Below are positions 40,074 through 54,713 of a stretch of DNA of 64,000 nt, piece by piece. The notes under the pieces are model-generated. The model saw only the letters and a program-made list of their open reading frames with translations, did not search any database and was not told the origin of the DNA. Positions within the stretch are counted from its first letter, which is position 1. Each line of letters starts with the position of its first letter. The stretch comes from Paraspadella gotoi (taxonomy: Eukaryota; Animalia; Chaetognatha): the NCBI GenBank assembly GCA_051294375.1, contig CM119268.1:11654560-11718559 (forward strand). The letters are read 5' to 3'. A program made the translations under genes and the position numbers.

Positions 40074-40175
40074 TTCATCGATCTTCGCCCTCGAGGAATT
40101 TCGGAACGCAGCGTTTCCGGCCGCCTCTCACTCGAGAGATGCGGGCGCGATAGGAACCCCCGTTACCAGCGGGCG

Positions 40176-40254
<79 letters not shown>

Positions 40255-40371
40255 TATTTCTCGAGCTTCAAACTGGTGTGACATCAGCAGGCATCAGTCG
40301 CCTCTAGCGCGGGCCGGGAAAAACCCACAGTAGCAGCTTTTCCTCGCTCTTACTCTTTGGCAATATTTTGA

Positions 40372-40455
40372 TAATGAATTGAATAATGAATGAATGAATG
40401 AAGAATGAATGAATGAATGAATGAATGAATGATGAATGACATGAATGAATGAATA
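40372..40455 (+). repeat. (TGAA)n microsatellite
   Basis: Directly visible; inverted copy around the 25-N gap at 42747-42771. Confidence 0.9.
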
Positions 40456-43400
40456 TAGTTCAGGACAAAAAGAAAAAAATTCAGATATAATAAACAAATG
40501 TATTGATTACAAAGGTTTTAAAGAACTATTAAATAAATCCATTAAAAAAAGAGAGAAAGAATATAAAAGTTAATTGGGTAAATAAGTGAATATAGTAAAA
40601 AATAGGTAAATAAGATGAATAACTCATGAGAGAATAATATTGGATTACTGGAATATTTTGAATAAGTAAAAACGCTGAATGAAACTAGCTGGATAAAAGT
40701 ACGTTGAATTTTAAAAATAAAACGAAAAACTCGAAACCTTTGTTGCATTTTTAAATCTTACTTAGATTACATTTAATTATTTATAAAGTAAGTTCTGGTG
40801 GAATATAAAAAACGGAAAGGGTTCGATGATAACCTCAATACATACTTTTATATGTGTAAATTATGTAAACTTAATACTTTGTTTGTACATAAATTTATGT
40901 ACTGCTCTGTTACAATATGTTTTGTTAATGTGTTAACTGTCACATTTTTTGCAGCATTAACAAATCAAATTAAAATCAAATTATACACCATTTCTGGGGC
41001 TCCATCTTGCTCGAGACTCTCTCTCTCTCCTCTCTCTCTCTCTCTTCCATCTCAAGGGCCGATGGTCCTCAGGATGGTCCACGAAAAGCGTGCTGTCACT
41101 CGACCGTGACAGCGGCTGCGTCGGCGGCGGCGGCGGAGGCGGCGCGAACGCGAGGGTAAGGACGAAGATCGAAAAGGTAAGGGAAGACGAAGATTCGCTC
41201 GGTTTTGGCCTCTGGGCTCGGAAAATTATCTTCGCTAGGTTGACGAGAGAGAAGAAAGAGAGAGAGCGAGGAGAGGGAAGAGCGAGGGGAGCGAGAGCGA
41301 TGAGAGAAGAGAGAGAAGAGAGAGCAGAGAGAGAAGAGAGAGAGAGAAGGAGAGCAGAGAGACAGAGCAAGAGAGAGAGAGGAGAAAGAGGAGAGAGAGA
41401 GATAAACATGAGGTCGTTATCTCGGGAAAAAAACAGGAATTTGTGTTTGTGGGTTCCATGGAGTGATGTGACGTGTCGGTCGAGGGGTTTGCGATGGATT
41501 TTCTGACGAACTTGGCGATTCTCTACGACGACTCGAGCGCGAAAAGGGGTAGAAATTTATTGGGGGTTTCGGAGGGGGGTGGTTTTAAGCGGGGAGCTAA
41601 GGGTGCGTTGATCGCGATTAAGGCGTGCCGCTGAAATATGGTTCCATTTCTGTTTTTTTTTCTGAAAACTTTTCTTTGAATTAAAATAATGAGAATGGAG
41701 TTTAACAGAACAAACAAAACGATTTATTTTTTAAAAATGAGGTAGACCGAGTAAGATACGTAAGAGCTCAGTCCGTAAATCCTGTCAGTGAAGTAATATT
41801 ATTTGTATTTTTAGTTTATCAGGCTTTGGTCAAATATTTAAAAATAAACAAGAAACAAAAAAAAAACAATAACAAAAATTCTATACAAGACTTTCTTTTT
41901 TTTTCTTCCAAAATTCCAATTTCGCCTTCGAGGAATCGAAAGCCGCCAATTTACTCTTCTAATTACGCGCTGCCATCTATCTCTTATTTTAATTCTTCTC
42001 AAAAAAAAAGAGAGAATGCCAGGGGCGATTTCTTTTTTTTTTTCATGATGCCAGGGGGCGAATATTGGAAGATTTCGGGAGGCGACGGGATTCGCCTCCT
42101 TAATCGTTTTTCGCCTCTCGAAGAGAAGAGGAACGGGGCACGCTGTCGTCGAGAGAACTGCTGGAGGCCGAGTCGAGGACGTCGTCGGCGATGCGGGATG
42201 GCATCGTCGTCGTCGTCGTCGTTCGTCGAAGCTCGCTTCCCTNNNNNNNNNNNNNNNNNNNNNNNNNTATTGTAACAGAGCAGTACATAAATTTATGTAC
42301 AAACAAAGTATTAAGTTTACATAATTTACACATATAAAAGTATTATTGAGTTATCATCGAACCCTTTCCGTTTTTTATATTCCACACAGAACTTACTTTA
42401 TAAATAATTAAATGTAATCTAAGTAAGATTTAAAAATCACAAAGGTTTCGAGTTTTTCAGTTTTTATTTTTAAAATTCTACGTACTTTTTATCCAGCTAG
42501 TTTCATTCAGCGTTTTACTTATTCAAATATTCCAGTAATCCAATATTATTCTCTCATGAAGTTATTCATCTTATTTACCTATTTATTTACTATATTCACT
42601 TATTTACCCAATTAACTTTTATATTCTTTTCTCTTTTTTTAAATGGATTTATTTTAATAGTTCCTTTAAAACCTATTGTATCAATACATTTGTTTATTAA
42701 TATCTGAATTTTTTATTCTTTTTGTCCTGAACTCATTCATTCATTCNNNNNNNNNNNNNNNNNNNNNNNNNATTCATTTCATTCATTCTTATCTTCATTC
42801 ATTCTATTATCCATATTCAGAGTTAGAGAGGAAAAGCTGCTCTGGTTTTCCGGCCGCGCTAGAGGCGACTGATGCCTGCTGATGTCACAGTTTGAGCTGA
42901 AAATAAAGAGGAGAGAGAGATGGAGAGAGAGAGGAGGAGAGAGGGGGGGGGGGGGGGGGGAGGGGAGGGGGGGAGCGGGCGGGGTGGGGGGGGAGGGACG
43001 GGGGGGGGGGGTGTCGGGGTATTCGCGCCGCATCTCTGGTGGGGCGGCGCGGAAACGCTCGTCCGAATTCCTCAGGCGAAGATCGATGAAGTCCGTGATT
43101 TGATAATATCACGTGACATCAGAGCGAGAGGCGTCGGTGGATTGCGTGGTGATCAGCTGACGAAGGTGGGATTTGTATGGATTCAAAAAGGATTAAATAC
43201 ATTCTTTCATTTATGGTCGAGAAAACAAGTATTAGAGGCGTAATTTTAATAGATTATAATTATAGATTATGATCCTCTAACTATGTCGGGTAGTCTACTG
43301 AATCTTAGGTAAGTAAGACGGGGGATTGGTGGGAAGGAATTATAATGTAAGGGTAAAGGCGGTAAAAAAAATGTAAAGAGGACTGAACGGAGAGGACGTG

Positions 43401-44779
43401 TTGAGAAGAAAGAGAGGAAGGTGAATGAAACCTACTTGGATCGGCTGGATCTCGGGGGGGAGTGGTGAGGAGAAATGATGAAACGGTGTGCTGAGGCCGA
43501 AACTTAGTTCGGTTTTTCTGTGCCTTCTTTTGCGAGTGTGAGGGGCGGGGGGGTGAGTGGGGTGGTGCGGGTGGGGGGTGGTGGTGGGGGGAGGGGGGGT
43601 GGGCGTGTGAGACGGTGTGAGAGGGGGGGGTGGGATGGGGGGGGGGGGGCGGGAGGGGGGGGGAGGAGGAGAGAGGGTGGGGGGGGGGGGAGAAGGAGGT
43701 GGGGGGGTTGGTGTCTCGGGGAGGGGGTGGGGGGGGGGGATAGGAGAGGGGAAAAAGAGGAGAGGGTGGGGGGGGAAGGTGGAGAGTGAGGGTTTCGTGG
43801 AGGAGATGGACAAGGGAAAGATTGGTGGATTCAGAGAGAGGAGTGGTGGGTGCTCGGTCTCTTTTTGTTTTTCCGGTGAGGATGCGGGTGATCACTGACC
43901 GAAAGGTGATTTGTATGAAATCCAAAAATGATAATAAATAACCATTCTTTCAATTTAATGTTCGAAGAAAAACAAGTGATTAAGAGGGATAATTAATTAA
44001 ATAATTNNNNNNNNNNNNNNNNNNNNNNNNNNNNNNNNNNNNNNNNNNNNNNNNNNNNNNNNNNNNNNNNNNNNNNNNNNNNNNNNNNNNNNNNNNNNNN
44101 NNNNNNNNNNNNNNNNNNNNNNNNNNNNNNNNNNNNNNNNNNNNNNNNNNNNNNNNNNNNNNNNNNNNNNNNNNNNNNNNNNNNNNNNNNNNNNNNNNNN
44201 NNNNNNNNNNNNNNNNNNATGAATGGCTATTTTTTACATTGGTCGTACCTATTTTATACAAATTTTTAAACATTACTAAGGAATCCACAGCGAAGTTACG
44301 TAATTTTATCCTCTCCGCTGGAAATTGAACCGCATCAGGGTTTGATTTCGACCTCGCGACAAAAATCGAAACTCGGTCACTCGGGATCCAGTTTTTAGGG
44401 AGATGAGGAATTGAAAATTGGGAGNNNNNNNNNNNNNNNNNNNNNNNNNNNNNNNNNNNNNNNNNNNNNNNNNNNNNNNNNNNNNNNNNNNNNNNNNNNN
44501 NNNNNNNNNNNNNNNNNNNNNNNNNNNNNNNNNNNNNNNNNNNNNNNNNNNNNNNNNNNNNNNNNNNNNNNNNNNNNNNNNNNNNNNNNNNNNNNNNNNN
44601 NNNNNNNNNNNNNNNNNNNNNNNNNNNNNNNNNNNNNNNNNNNNNNNNNNGAGAGAAAGAGCCGCACAATAACAAAACCGGTTCTTTGTTCCTAATCATT
44701 ATTATCATTTTATTGGTTTCTTAAGAGGTAATTCCGTTGGACAGGAGACAAAGACGCCGACGACGACGACGACGACGAC

Positions 44780-47700
44780 GAAAAAAATACTTTAACAACA
44801 ACAGCCAACAATATCGGGATCTTTTGGGCTCTTGTAAGATACCTCGTGTCCTCGTAAATATTTACAGTAAATATTACAGTAAATATTTACAGTAAATATT
44901 TACAGTAAATTGTAAATTTTGTAGTAGATCAAGTCCTAAAAGTGGTGGAGTAGCACGGGCGAGTGTGTAGAAGACGCAGAGCCAGTGGCGGCTTCCGCGG
45001 CGTCAGCCGCGGCAGTGTCAGCGGCGTCGTTGTAGTTGGCCAAGTTTATTGAAAAAACAAAAGCTCATCTCGGTGACACAGAAAACAATTTTCTTGGAAC
45101 GAAAATCAAAAGTTCCGAAAATCGTAAATTGGAGTCAAAGGCGAATGAAGCGGATCAAGATTAAAGGTAAAAATCGCTAAAGTCACGTCGGCGTTGATAA
45201 CTTCGTTGTGGTCGTCGTCGTCGTCGTCTCACGTCGTCGTCGTCGTCGCTGCTGAGGTGGAACAAATACCGTCGGACGTCGATATTAAAAATGTGTTTAC
45301 GTTGGAGTTGGTTTGACGACGGTATTCGTTGTTGTTGTTATCTTCGTCGTTTGGGCCATCGTGGTCGTTGTTAACTCTATAAGTATAATTTTGTTGTCTT
45401 TCTTGTTTTCGCTAATTTTTTTTCAACTCTTTTTACTTTTTCTTCAACTGGTAAAACTTCAGCTATTTTGGTTTTATATTTTATTCATTCAAGTTTCGTT
45501 TTCATTTTTCTTTCTTTCTTTGTTTTCTTTTATGTCTTACTTTCCTATTTTGTTTATCTTTCTTTCCTAATTTTCTTTTTTTATCTTTCTTTCCTTTTTT
45601 TGTTTATCTTTCTTTCCTTATTTGCTTTTTCATCTTTCTTTCCTTATTTTCTTTTTTATCTTTCTTTCCTTCCTTTTTGTTTATCTTTCTCTCATTTTTT
45701 TTTATCTTTCTTTCCTTCTTTTCATTTTTTTATCTTTCTTTCCTTCCTTCGCATTAAAAGCTACCGCTCTCACCCCCCACCCACATCCCCAACCCAATCT
45801 TTATCTCCTCTTTCCNNNNNNNNNNNNNNNNNNNNNNNNNNNNNNNNNNNNNNNNNNNNNNNNNNNNNNNNNNNNNNNNNNNNNNNNNNNNNNNNNNNNN
45901 NNNNNNNNNNNNNNNNNNNNNNNNNNNNNNNNNNNNNNNNNNNNNNNNNNNNNNNNNNNNNNNNNNNNNNNNNNNNNNNNNNNNNNNNNNNNNNNNNNNN
46001 NNNNNNNNNNNNNNNNNNNNNNNNNNNNNNNNNNNNNNNNNNNNNNNNNNNNNNNNNNNNNNNNNNNNNNNNNNNNNNNNNNNNNNNNNNNNNNNNNNNN
46101 NNNNNNNNNNNNNNNNNNNNNNNNNNNNNNNNNNNNNNNNNNNNNNNNNNNNNNNNNNNNNNNCTTCCATTTTTTTCTCTCTCAACCTCGGTGATAAAAC
46201 TGAATTTATTTGGGTGATTTCATGTTTTATTAGGTGTTTATGGTGCGAAGGCGAGAGGCAAAGCTGTCGTTCTGTAATCAGAAAAAACTGCGCGATTACT
46301 TTTTTTTTTTTCTATCGTCGTCGTTACGCCATCTTTTTATTTAAATTTTTATATCATTTTCTCGTTATAAAAATTCATGTTTCATCGGGGATAAGGAAGA
46401 AACGCGAGAAAGTAACAAGTAAATTTCCCATTCTATAGAATTTTTATCATGGTTTTTTCAATAAACGGGTTTGATTTTTTCTGGTTAAACAAGAATTCAA
46501 GTTAGTTTTTAAGGTTGAAAAAAATGAATAAATTTAAGACCCAAATTACGTGACCTCCTTATTTGATAAATTCTACCTTTTCTTTTTACTTTCCTTTTTC
46601 TCTTATTCTTTCCTCCCTTTTCTTTCAGCTTTTCTCTCTCCCCCGCTCATCCTCCGGGTGAGAGAGAAAGGATGAGAGAGAGAAGACGATGACTTGAAGA
46701 TGAAAGGAGCATCGATGAATCTGAGTGAGAGAGAGAAGAGAACCGAGAGAAGAGAGAGAGATGCAGAGAAGAGTAGATTGAGGAGACGCGCGCTAGAACG
46801 AGAGTAGAGAACGAGAGAGAGACGAGTGAGAGATGGGGGAGACGCGGAGACTGGTTTAGTAATGTACGAGAGAGAGAGAGGATATGAGTGAGATGTATAG
46901 AGAACAGACGTAGAAACCAGATTGATCCCGAGAGAGAGAGGAGAGAGGAGAGAGGAGAGAGAGGGGGGCCGAGACGAGAGAGATTAAATAGGAAAATGAG
47001 CAGCGCTCGCCAGGGGTCCCGTCATGAGTAATGTCCATATATTGAGGACTGATCTAATTATCATCAAGTCTCTCCTCTCTTCTCTCTCTCTCTCTCTCTC
47101 TCTTCTCTCCTCTCTTCTTTCTCTCTCTCTCTCTCGCTCCTCGCTCTCTCGGTCTCCTTCCCGCGTTGACTCGACGAGGGTTCACGTGCAATGTGTCACC
47201 TCTGTCGCGCGGTGTCAATTGATATAGTAGAAGTATGGGAGAGATTGAGGTCGACCGACGGGGAGAGAGAAAAGCCCTGAAAGAAAAGCGGAGGAAAGAA
47301 TAGAGAAAAAAGGAAAGTTTCAAAAAGAACCGGGTGCAAAGAGGAAGATTTATCCACTAGAATACAGGCTATGTATGTGTTCACCGTCATATTGCGACGT
47401 AGTCTTGTAAGTAATCTGGTTTCACTTTTTATTTCAACCGCTTCTAATAAACTAATCGTACTGATATTCCCTAATGTTTATAATACACAGCGAACGAAAC
47501 ATTGATGCTCCATAGAGACCATCTACTTAGTTAATTGCCGTCAACATGTACGACGGACTAGAAAATACTACAAAAATGCAACTAGCGGGTATGCGCGCAC
47601 TATTATGAAGAGTATTTTTCTCTGATTAGCGACGACTACCGATATTCGGAAGACAATTCTGCGCGGCGAGTTTCTCTCCGCGTCACACCTTAATACCGCA

Positions 47701-50075
47701 AGTCTCCAGTTAAAACACCTAATAAAACATGAAGACTCCACCAAAATAATTCGTCAAACTGTATATGGCATAACACCCACGAGAGTTAGACCGGAGGACA
47801 ACAAATGGAAGAAGGGAGAGAAAGATGCCGATAGTAGGATATGCCCAATTGGGGCAAGAGAGGAGAGAGAGAGATGGGAGAAGGAGAGCATTCTCACTGT
47901 TGACTTTTTGGGGCTTCCGCATCCCTCGAGATGACAGCAAGATGCGCAAGTTAGCGATAGCGCTCTGGTGATAGACCGACGTAGAGAGAGGCAGTACTGA
48001 CGCTGTAGAGAGTCCTATAAGCGCAGAGTGAGGCGACGCGAAGTACATCACGGTGCGTGGACCTGAAGTGTGCTGGTAATGGGGAATCATTCTTGGCCAT
48101 GTGTGCTCATGAAGTGTAGCTATGTCTCTCTCTCCATCTGACGCAAAGATGAGGTATCTTAGGGAGGAGGCAGGAAGAGAGCATAGGAAGGAAGATAGGT
48201 TGATCATGAGAAGGAGGGGTGAACGTGAGGGGATGATAAGAGTATTGAGATATGAGAGGGAATCAGCAGTGAGTCCGCACTTCGACGGGAGAAGAGTGAG
48301 CGCATGGCAAGTTATGGGAGAGATGTAATTAGAGTAGAGGTGTAGATGGAAGAAGACCGACTTCGAGGGGCTGTATTAATTGCAGGAGTTTCGAGGAACT
48401 TTGCTGCTAATGGGAATAAGCGAGTGAAGTGATTATATGGGAGTAGGTTGGGGCGCTGCTGGAGGTTCAGGTGGCGTGAAGTCGTAGCTGTCATATATCA
48501 TGTCTGAGACGAAGGAGAACAAGAGAAGAAGAGATATAGAAATGAAAAGAAGGAGATCCAAGAAAGATTAAACAAAAATCGATTGTGAGAATGTATACAA
48601 CTCCAAGAAAGGACAGCGAAAGAAAGAATAAAAAACGAATAAGAGATGGAGAAAACAGCATGAAAAGCACATTAATTAAGGCAAAGATACGAGTAAACCA
48701 AAAAATAAAAGCGAACAGAATATTATAAAATAAGAGAGAAAATTAGGAAAGAAAGACTAAGACGCAATAGGAAAGTTAAGAGACATAAAAGAAAAACAAA
48801 GAAGAAAGAAAATGAGCATAATTCTCGAAAACTTTTTAATCTAATGATCGAAGTGAAAATTAATGAAAACACCAAGAAATAGCATGACAAGCTTTTTACT
48901 CTAGGTTGTATACGAAAAATAAAGTGTGTGAAATTTTAGAAGATATGAAAAAAATAGACTTAAAACCAAGCGAAAGCACACAAATGCAAAATTTATAATA
49001 TTTTAACTCTATAATGACTTCAAATATATACGTACTCGCGGAGAGCGTGCCGGATTTAATTCCTAATCACTCGACTCGCACGCATTTGATTCTAATACAA
49101 GACATCAAACAATATCAAACTGTGACTATTTATTACACGATCAATAATCAAAATCACCAATCTGTCCACACTTTATGTCACATTGACCTTTCGTTATAAC
49201 CTTACATTTTAAATCGAACGTTCCGACGTGCGTACTTGAGATTTGTATACGCCTAGAGTATCATCCACCTCTTGAACCAAAGCAAATTGTCTTGATACGT
49301 ATCTAGACCTCTCGACGAACGGCGATTTCGGCTATGTCCTCTATTGCTTCGTTTACACCTCGACGCCGAGGACTGATCCAGCATATCAAATTTGTTACTC
49401 CAACGGTTCCGGTACTCTAGTGCTGAATTTAATTGCTCTCGTTTTGTAGCGATTCCTTACTTTAAGATCTTTGATCCGCTCATTCGCCTTTGACTACACA
49501 ATTATTTACGATTTCCGGAACTTCTTTGATTTTCGTTCCCAAGAAAATGCTTTCTGTTGTCACGAGTGAATTAATTTTTTTGAGACAATTGTACTATGTC
49601 AGAATACTTAACTATTTTTACATTTTTTTCCCAATATCAAAATTTAGCTTTGGGCCTAATCTAAACGGAAAATACTTGAAAAATGTCCCCACAATTTCTA
49701 AACGACTCGAACATCGCTGACTCTACCCTTTGCCGCGTGGTCCTGTGGACGGGCCGCGTGTTACTGTCTCGCCACTGGGTCTCTTTAGCGGCTCTTTAAT
49801 AAACATTACACTCCACTCGCGCGCAAAATTATTTCGTGAATTACTTCTAGCTCGCTCTGACCCAAAACCAACTTCTTTAGAGACAGTTGACCATTCTATC
49901 TTATCAAAATTTTTCAAATTTTTATACTGTTAGATTATTTACTGTAATATTTACTGTTAAAATATTTACGAGGACACGATGAGGGTGTGAGTAATTTACT
50001 GTGAAGAGCCCTAAAGATTCCCGATATTGTGTGGAGGTGACTTTTGTATATTTTGTGTAACTAATAAACTCATGT
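44780..50075. repeat. ~5-kb imperfect fold-back centred near 46950; right arm very noisy
   Basis: 45050-45280 is the reverse complement of ~49350-49580; 45490-45550 of ~48764-48830; 46570-46645 of ~47258-47330; 44810-44920 of ~49915-50030. Confidence 0.85.
44856..44912 (+). repeat. 13-bp tandem repeat AAATATTTACAGT, about 4 copies
   Basis: Directly visible; degenerate inverted copy at ~49920-49970. Confidence 0.85.
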
Positions 50076-50650
50076 NNNNNNNNNNNNNNNNNNNNNNNNN
50101 CCGGCGGCGATATTCCAAGGGGAAGAACGATGTCAAACGGCGACTGGAAGGGTTGGTCACCGGAAGCCGAGGTGAGCAGCGCCACGCCTCCCCACGCCAC
50201 GAGAAGCTTTGCTGCGCCATCAGGAAGGAATAAACGATTGGGTGATTTTTTAAAGCGACAAAAAAATAGATATAGATATAAAGACGGTGACAATGATGAC
50301 AATTTAATAAAAATGATGACAACGATAACGAATAAAATGATACATCGATCAGTGATACAATGATCACGGCGCCCAAGATGACAAAGTTAAGGCTCGATGA
50401 AGATTATAATAAAAATTAAAAAAAACAAAGATGACAAAAAAATGACAAAGTAAAATAATGGCCAATGATTAGAAATTCAAGACGCCGAAGTGGTGAATCA
50501 CAACGACAATGTCACAAAATTGAAACGACGAAATGATAATGGAAATGTCGGGTAACAATGAGATGAAGAAGGCAACAAAAACTTGAATGACGACGACAAA
50601 CCAAAGAAAACCACAACGACTTTGAGGACAAAGAAGAACCGACGACGACC

Positions 50651-50682
<32 letters not shown>

Positions 50683-51423
50683 AACGACGACGACGGATTT
50701 GGACGTTTCGGGGCGTTATGAAGACAAATGGCGTCGCCATCTCTTTTAAGGTCGAATAAAAAGATCAACGAATTTGTCGCCGCGGCGGGCGGGTTAAGAA
50801 TTTGGGGGTGGTGGGTGGGGGGGAGAAAGGAGGGTGGGATGTGGGGCGAGGAGAAAAAGAGAAAGAAGCAAAGAAGGGCGGGAAAAGATGGGGCGGATTT
50901 TGAACGCAAACGAAGGAAAAGGGAACAATTTAATGGCAGCTAAAAAGAACAGGATGGTTGTTGGGAAAGTATGAAAATGAAGTGATAGTTTAGAAGAAAA
51001 AGTGAGAGCGATAGTTTAAAGGTGATAGTGAGAGTTTAAATGTTAAGCCTTGATTGTAGATTGTGAGTGGAGTGCTGAGATAATTTTCGAGTGTGTCCTT
51101 GTTGATACGAAGTCAGCCGGTTATTGGGTGGCATTCAAGTGGTAAAAAGCTTTGTTTAGAAAATTTATCTAAGAAAGTTCAGTTTAATATAGCTTCTCAT
51201 TTCAAAGGATTGAAAGTTTTACTGATTATCAAACCTTATATTAATATAACTAAAACGAAAATAAAATATGTAAAATATTACTAATTGTATAAATCCCAGC
51301 CGAGAAGAGGCGAAAAGGTCTCACGAAATGACGATTCTCACAAAACTTTCACTCGCCTCATATTTCCTCTCACTGATGAATCAAAGCGAAGTCTTTCATT
51401 TATCTTCCGCGCGGGAAAAAGGA

Positions 51424-51457
<34 letters not shown>

Positions 51458-53148
51458 NNNNNNNNNNNNNNNNNNNNNNNNNNNNNNNNNNNNNNNNNNN
51501 NNNNNNNNNNNNNNNNNNNNNNNNNNNNNNNNNNNNNNNNNNNNNNNNNNNNNNNNNNNNNNNNNNNNNNNNNNNNNNNNNNNNNNNNNNNNNNNNNNNN
51601 NNNNNNNNNNNNNNNNNNNNNNNNNNNNNNNNNNNNNNNNNNNNNNTTTCGCCACACCATATTCCGTTAACGCCACCACGCCACTGCGTCACTTCATTCC
51701 CGGCGTCTTTCATCCCGCACCAAAAGAGGGAGAAAATCTCAAGGAATTGAAATAAAGAAAAAAATAAATGAAAGGAATAAAATTCAGATTAATTTGAATA
51801 AAGAGAGAGAAATCCGCCCGAGGGGTTCAGTTAGAAAATAGAGTGGCGTGAACTGCATTTATTAAAATAATTAACAAATAATAATGAATAAAAGAATCAT
51901 CAAATGAAAGAATAAATGAATAAAGGATTGAAGCTATGAAAATATATAACTAATAATTTGTAACCAAATTAAGAACGAAAGTCACGAATATGATGACGAC
52001 GACGACAACGATGACGACGACGCTGACGACGACGACGACGACGACGACGTTGAAGATGACGGCGACGACGAAGACGACGTCGACGTTTTAACTCGAGAAG
52101 GGAATTCGAAGACGCAGATCGAATTCTTCGCTGAAAGATCACATCACAGACGCTGGAGGCGAATGGAGGGCGGGAAGGTGAAAGAGGGAAAGAAAGAGGG
52201 AAAGAAAGAAAGAAAGAAAGAAAGAAANNNNNNNNNNNNNNNNNNNNNNNNNNNNNNNNNNNNNNNNNNNNNNNNNNNNNNNNNNNNNNNNNNNNNNNNN
52301 NNNNNNNNNNNNNNNNNNNNNNNNNNNNNNNNNNNNNNNNNNNNNNNNNNNNNNNNNNNNNNNNNNNNNNNNNNNNNNNNNNNNNNNNNNNNNNNNNNNN
52401 NNNNNNNNNNNNNNNNNNNNNNNNNNNNNNNNNNNNNNNNNNNNNNNNNNNNNNNNNNNNNNNNNNNNNNNNNNNNNNNNNNNNNNNNNNNNNNNNNNNN
52501 NNNNNNNNNNNNNNNNNNNNNNNNNNNNNNNNNNNNNNNNNNNNNNNNGGGGCGTGGACGAGGATGCGGAGGCGGAGAAGCGACCCTGGAGGCGACGTCG
52601 AGAAGCTTTAGCAGGGATGTGCCTCGAGTCGGTCCAGAATGTCTCGATAATATTTCCGCATTGAGCTCACGTAATCATTTATTCTCCAAGGTTTGATTTA
52701 CGTAACAATGTCGTTCACCAACTTTAGCCCCCCCCCATTCTTTGTCACGCCCTGTCACACCCTTGCACCATCACTTCCAACCCCCCTCCACTCCTGATAT
52801 CGCTAAATCCACAACCCCCGCAGCGCCAGAAATTATTTGTTTGTCTTTCGAAAGAATTTTCCTCCAGCGGCAACGACGAAGACAACTACGAAATCTCAAT
52901 CATGAGCGGTGGTTTTTGGTTTTCTTAGTTCTCATCGTCGATCTCGTTTTTTTGGGTTTTTTTTAATGAGAAAACGATTTTTACAAATTACAATGTTAAA
53001 TAATACTTGATTTTCACAGAAGTACCATAGGATGAAGCGTAGTGAAGTATAAGTAGGTAACTAGGTAACACAGCGTCAATTCGTACACCAAATAAATTGG
53101 ATGTAAACAGGTTGTCCTCGGGTCAGCCCAAGCAAGTCACTCGCTATT

Positions 53149-53195
<47 letters not shown>

Positions 53196-54713
53196 TCTCT
53201 CTCTTCTTGCTCAAAAGGGAGAGCTTTTTGTAAATCGCCCTTTAGCGATTACTTACCCCCCGAAAATCTGATACAATTTTGAGGCCCGCTCGCCTTTCTT
53301 TTTTTTTTTCAATTTTTTTTTTTTTTTTCCCGTCTTTGTGTACACTTTGTACCTACACACGAGAGATTTGTCTTTCTTCAACTTTTCAACTCGATGAGCA
53401 TCTTTCCCTCATCTTCTCTATAGAAATCTTGCTCTATAATGTCTTCACCCACTAGATCTTCACTTGCATGCGCTTTACACAAATACAAAATTTTGCCCTC
53501 GTTTTTGGTCTTTAAAAACAACAGATGGCTCCACAAAACAAAAGCAGCATATTTCTGAAACAAAAGAACAGTCCATTAAATCTTCTTGTACTTATTTTCA
53601 CCCTATTCTACTAGAGGGCTTTACAAAGCAAGGAGGTCTTTTTGTAAGACAACAGGAACATTCATTTGCCCTCTGCTTTCCCTGCACCCACTAGATCTCA
53701 CTTGCACCCTAGCTTTTCAACAAAATAGAACATAGAAATAGAAATAGGAAAAAAAAAAGAATTATATATTGCTTGTGCCTCTGTAGTTTCCGATCACCCG
53801 TTGGCTGGACTTTAGTTCTTATTTTTAAATAAGTCAGTTTTGTTGGAAAAGGTTGGCGAGTATTTATCAACAAACAATTTGCGACGCAGGAAACGGAGGA
53901 TAAAATGTTTGTTTCATAAAACGGAGGTGAGGAAATTAATTCTGTAGAGTTCGAGATTAAAATATAAAAACTAATATCAAAAATCAATTAAAAAATAAAA
54001 ACCCCAAGCGAGTTAAAAAACGTGAAGTTCAGAGGCAAACGACTTGTCTCCTCCTTCTAAAACGATTGCTGAAGTTAAAATAAAGACGGATAACCAAATT
54101 GTCCCCCTCTTTTCCCCCTTTCTTTTCGCGACTGAATCAGTCTGTTAAAACTTTTCCCCTATTATTTGGGCCGTCGTCTGATCGCGACTGTCGGTCCCGC
54201 CCGGTGACTTGCCGCGGACGTTGAACTGTCATTTCCGCGCCGGGAACGCACGCATTCGGCCGCACCACGAGCGTTTCAAAACAAATATAATATAAATAAT
54301 ATACATATAGGTATATATAATATATTATTAATTAACTTAATTAATAGAAAAAATAATAAGTATATCATTTCATGTAAAAATTAATTAATTTAATCTAATA
54401 GAAAATAGAGAGTGAGGAAAAAAAAGATTAATTAATTAATTAATTAATTAATTAATCTAAGGTAATTAAATTAAATTAATGTATTCAAACCAACTAAGCA
54501 GTTTTAATAATGGGTGGGTTATGTTCAAAGCTGATTTTACTTAACCTTATGTGGCACAATAAGTAACAAAACTTTTTTTACTAATCATTTTCTTTTAGTC
54601 GCGCGTCACTCGATTTCCTATTTCTTTCTCGCACTTAGCAAAATCTTTCTTTATGGAGCTGCCCCTGTTTTTAAAAGCCCGTATTTATTTTTATTTCAAT
54701 GTTTATTCATGTT

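Larger units (their letters stand above)
39600..44424. repeat. Inverted near-duplication (39600-40920 vs 42268-43260 and 43780-44424)
   Basis: For example CTGCTCTGTTACAATA (~40902-40917) vs TATTGTAACAGAGCAG (42268), and CTCCCAATTTCAATTCC (~39608) vs GGAATTGAAAATTGGGAG (~44407). Confidence 0.9.

Noticed and set aside
42940-43790. Dense poly-G runs (G-quadruplex-like, with poly-Pro/Gly ORFs)
   Set aside because: The cleaner inverted copy (~40150-40250) has (CT)n at the position matching the first G-run, and the longer G-rich stretch sits between two noisy copies, so the runs look like base-calling failure.
47400-49350. Apparently unique sequence with ORFs such as 47719-48207
   Set aside because: It lies in the noisy arm of the fold-back and is largely a degraded mirror of 45.3-46.5 kb.
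51370-51400. CTGATGA motif (also at ~62967)
   Set aside because: No stem II followed by GAAA, so not a hammerhead.
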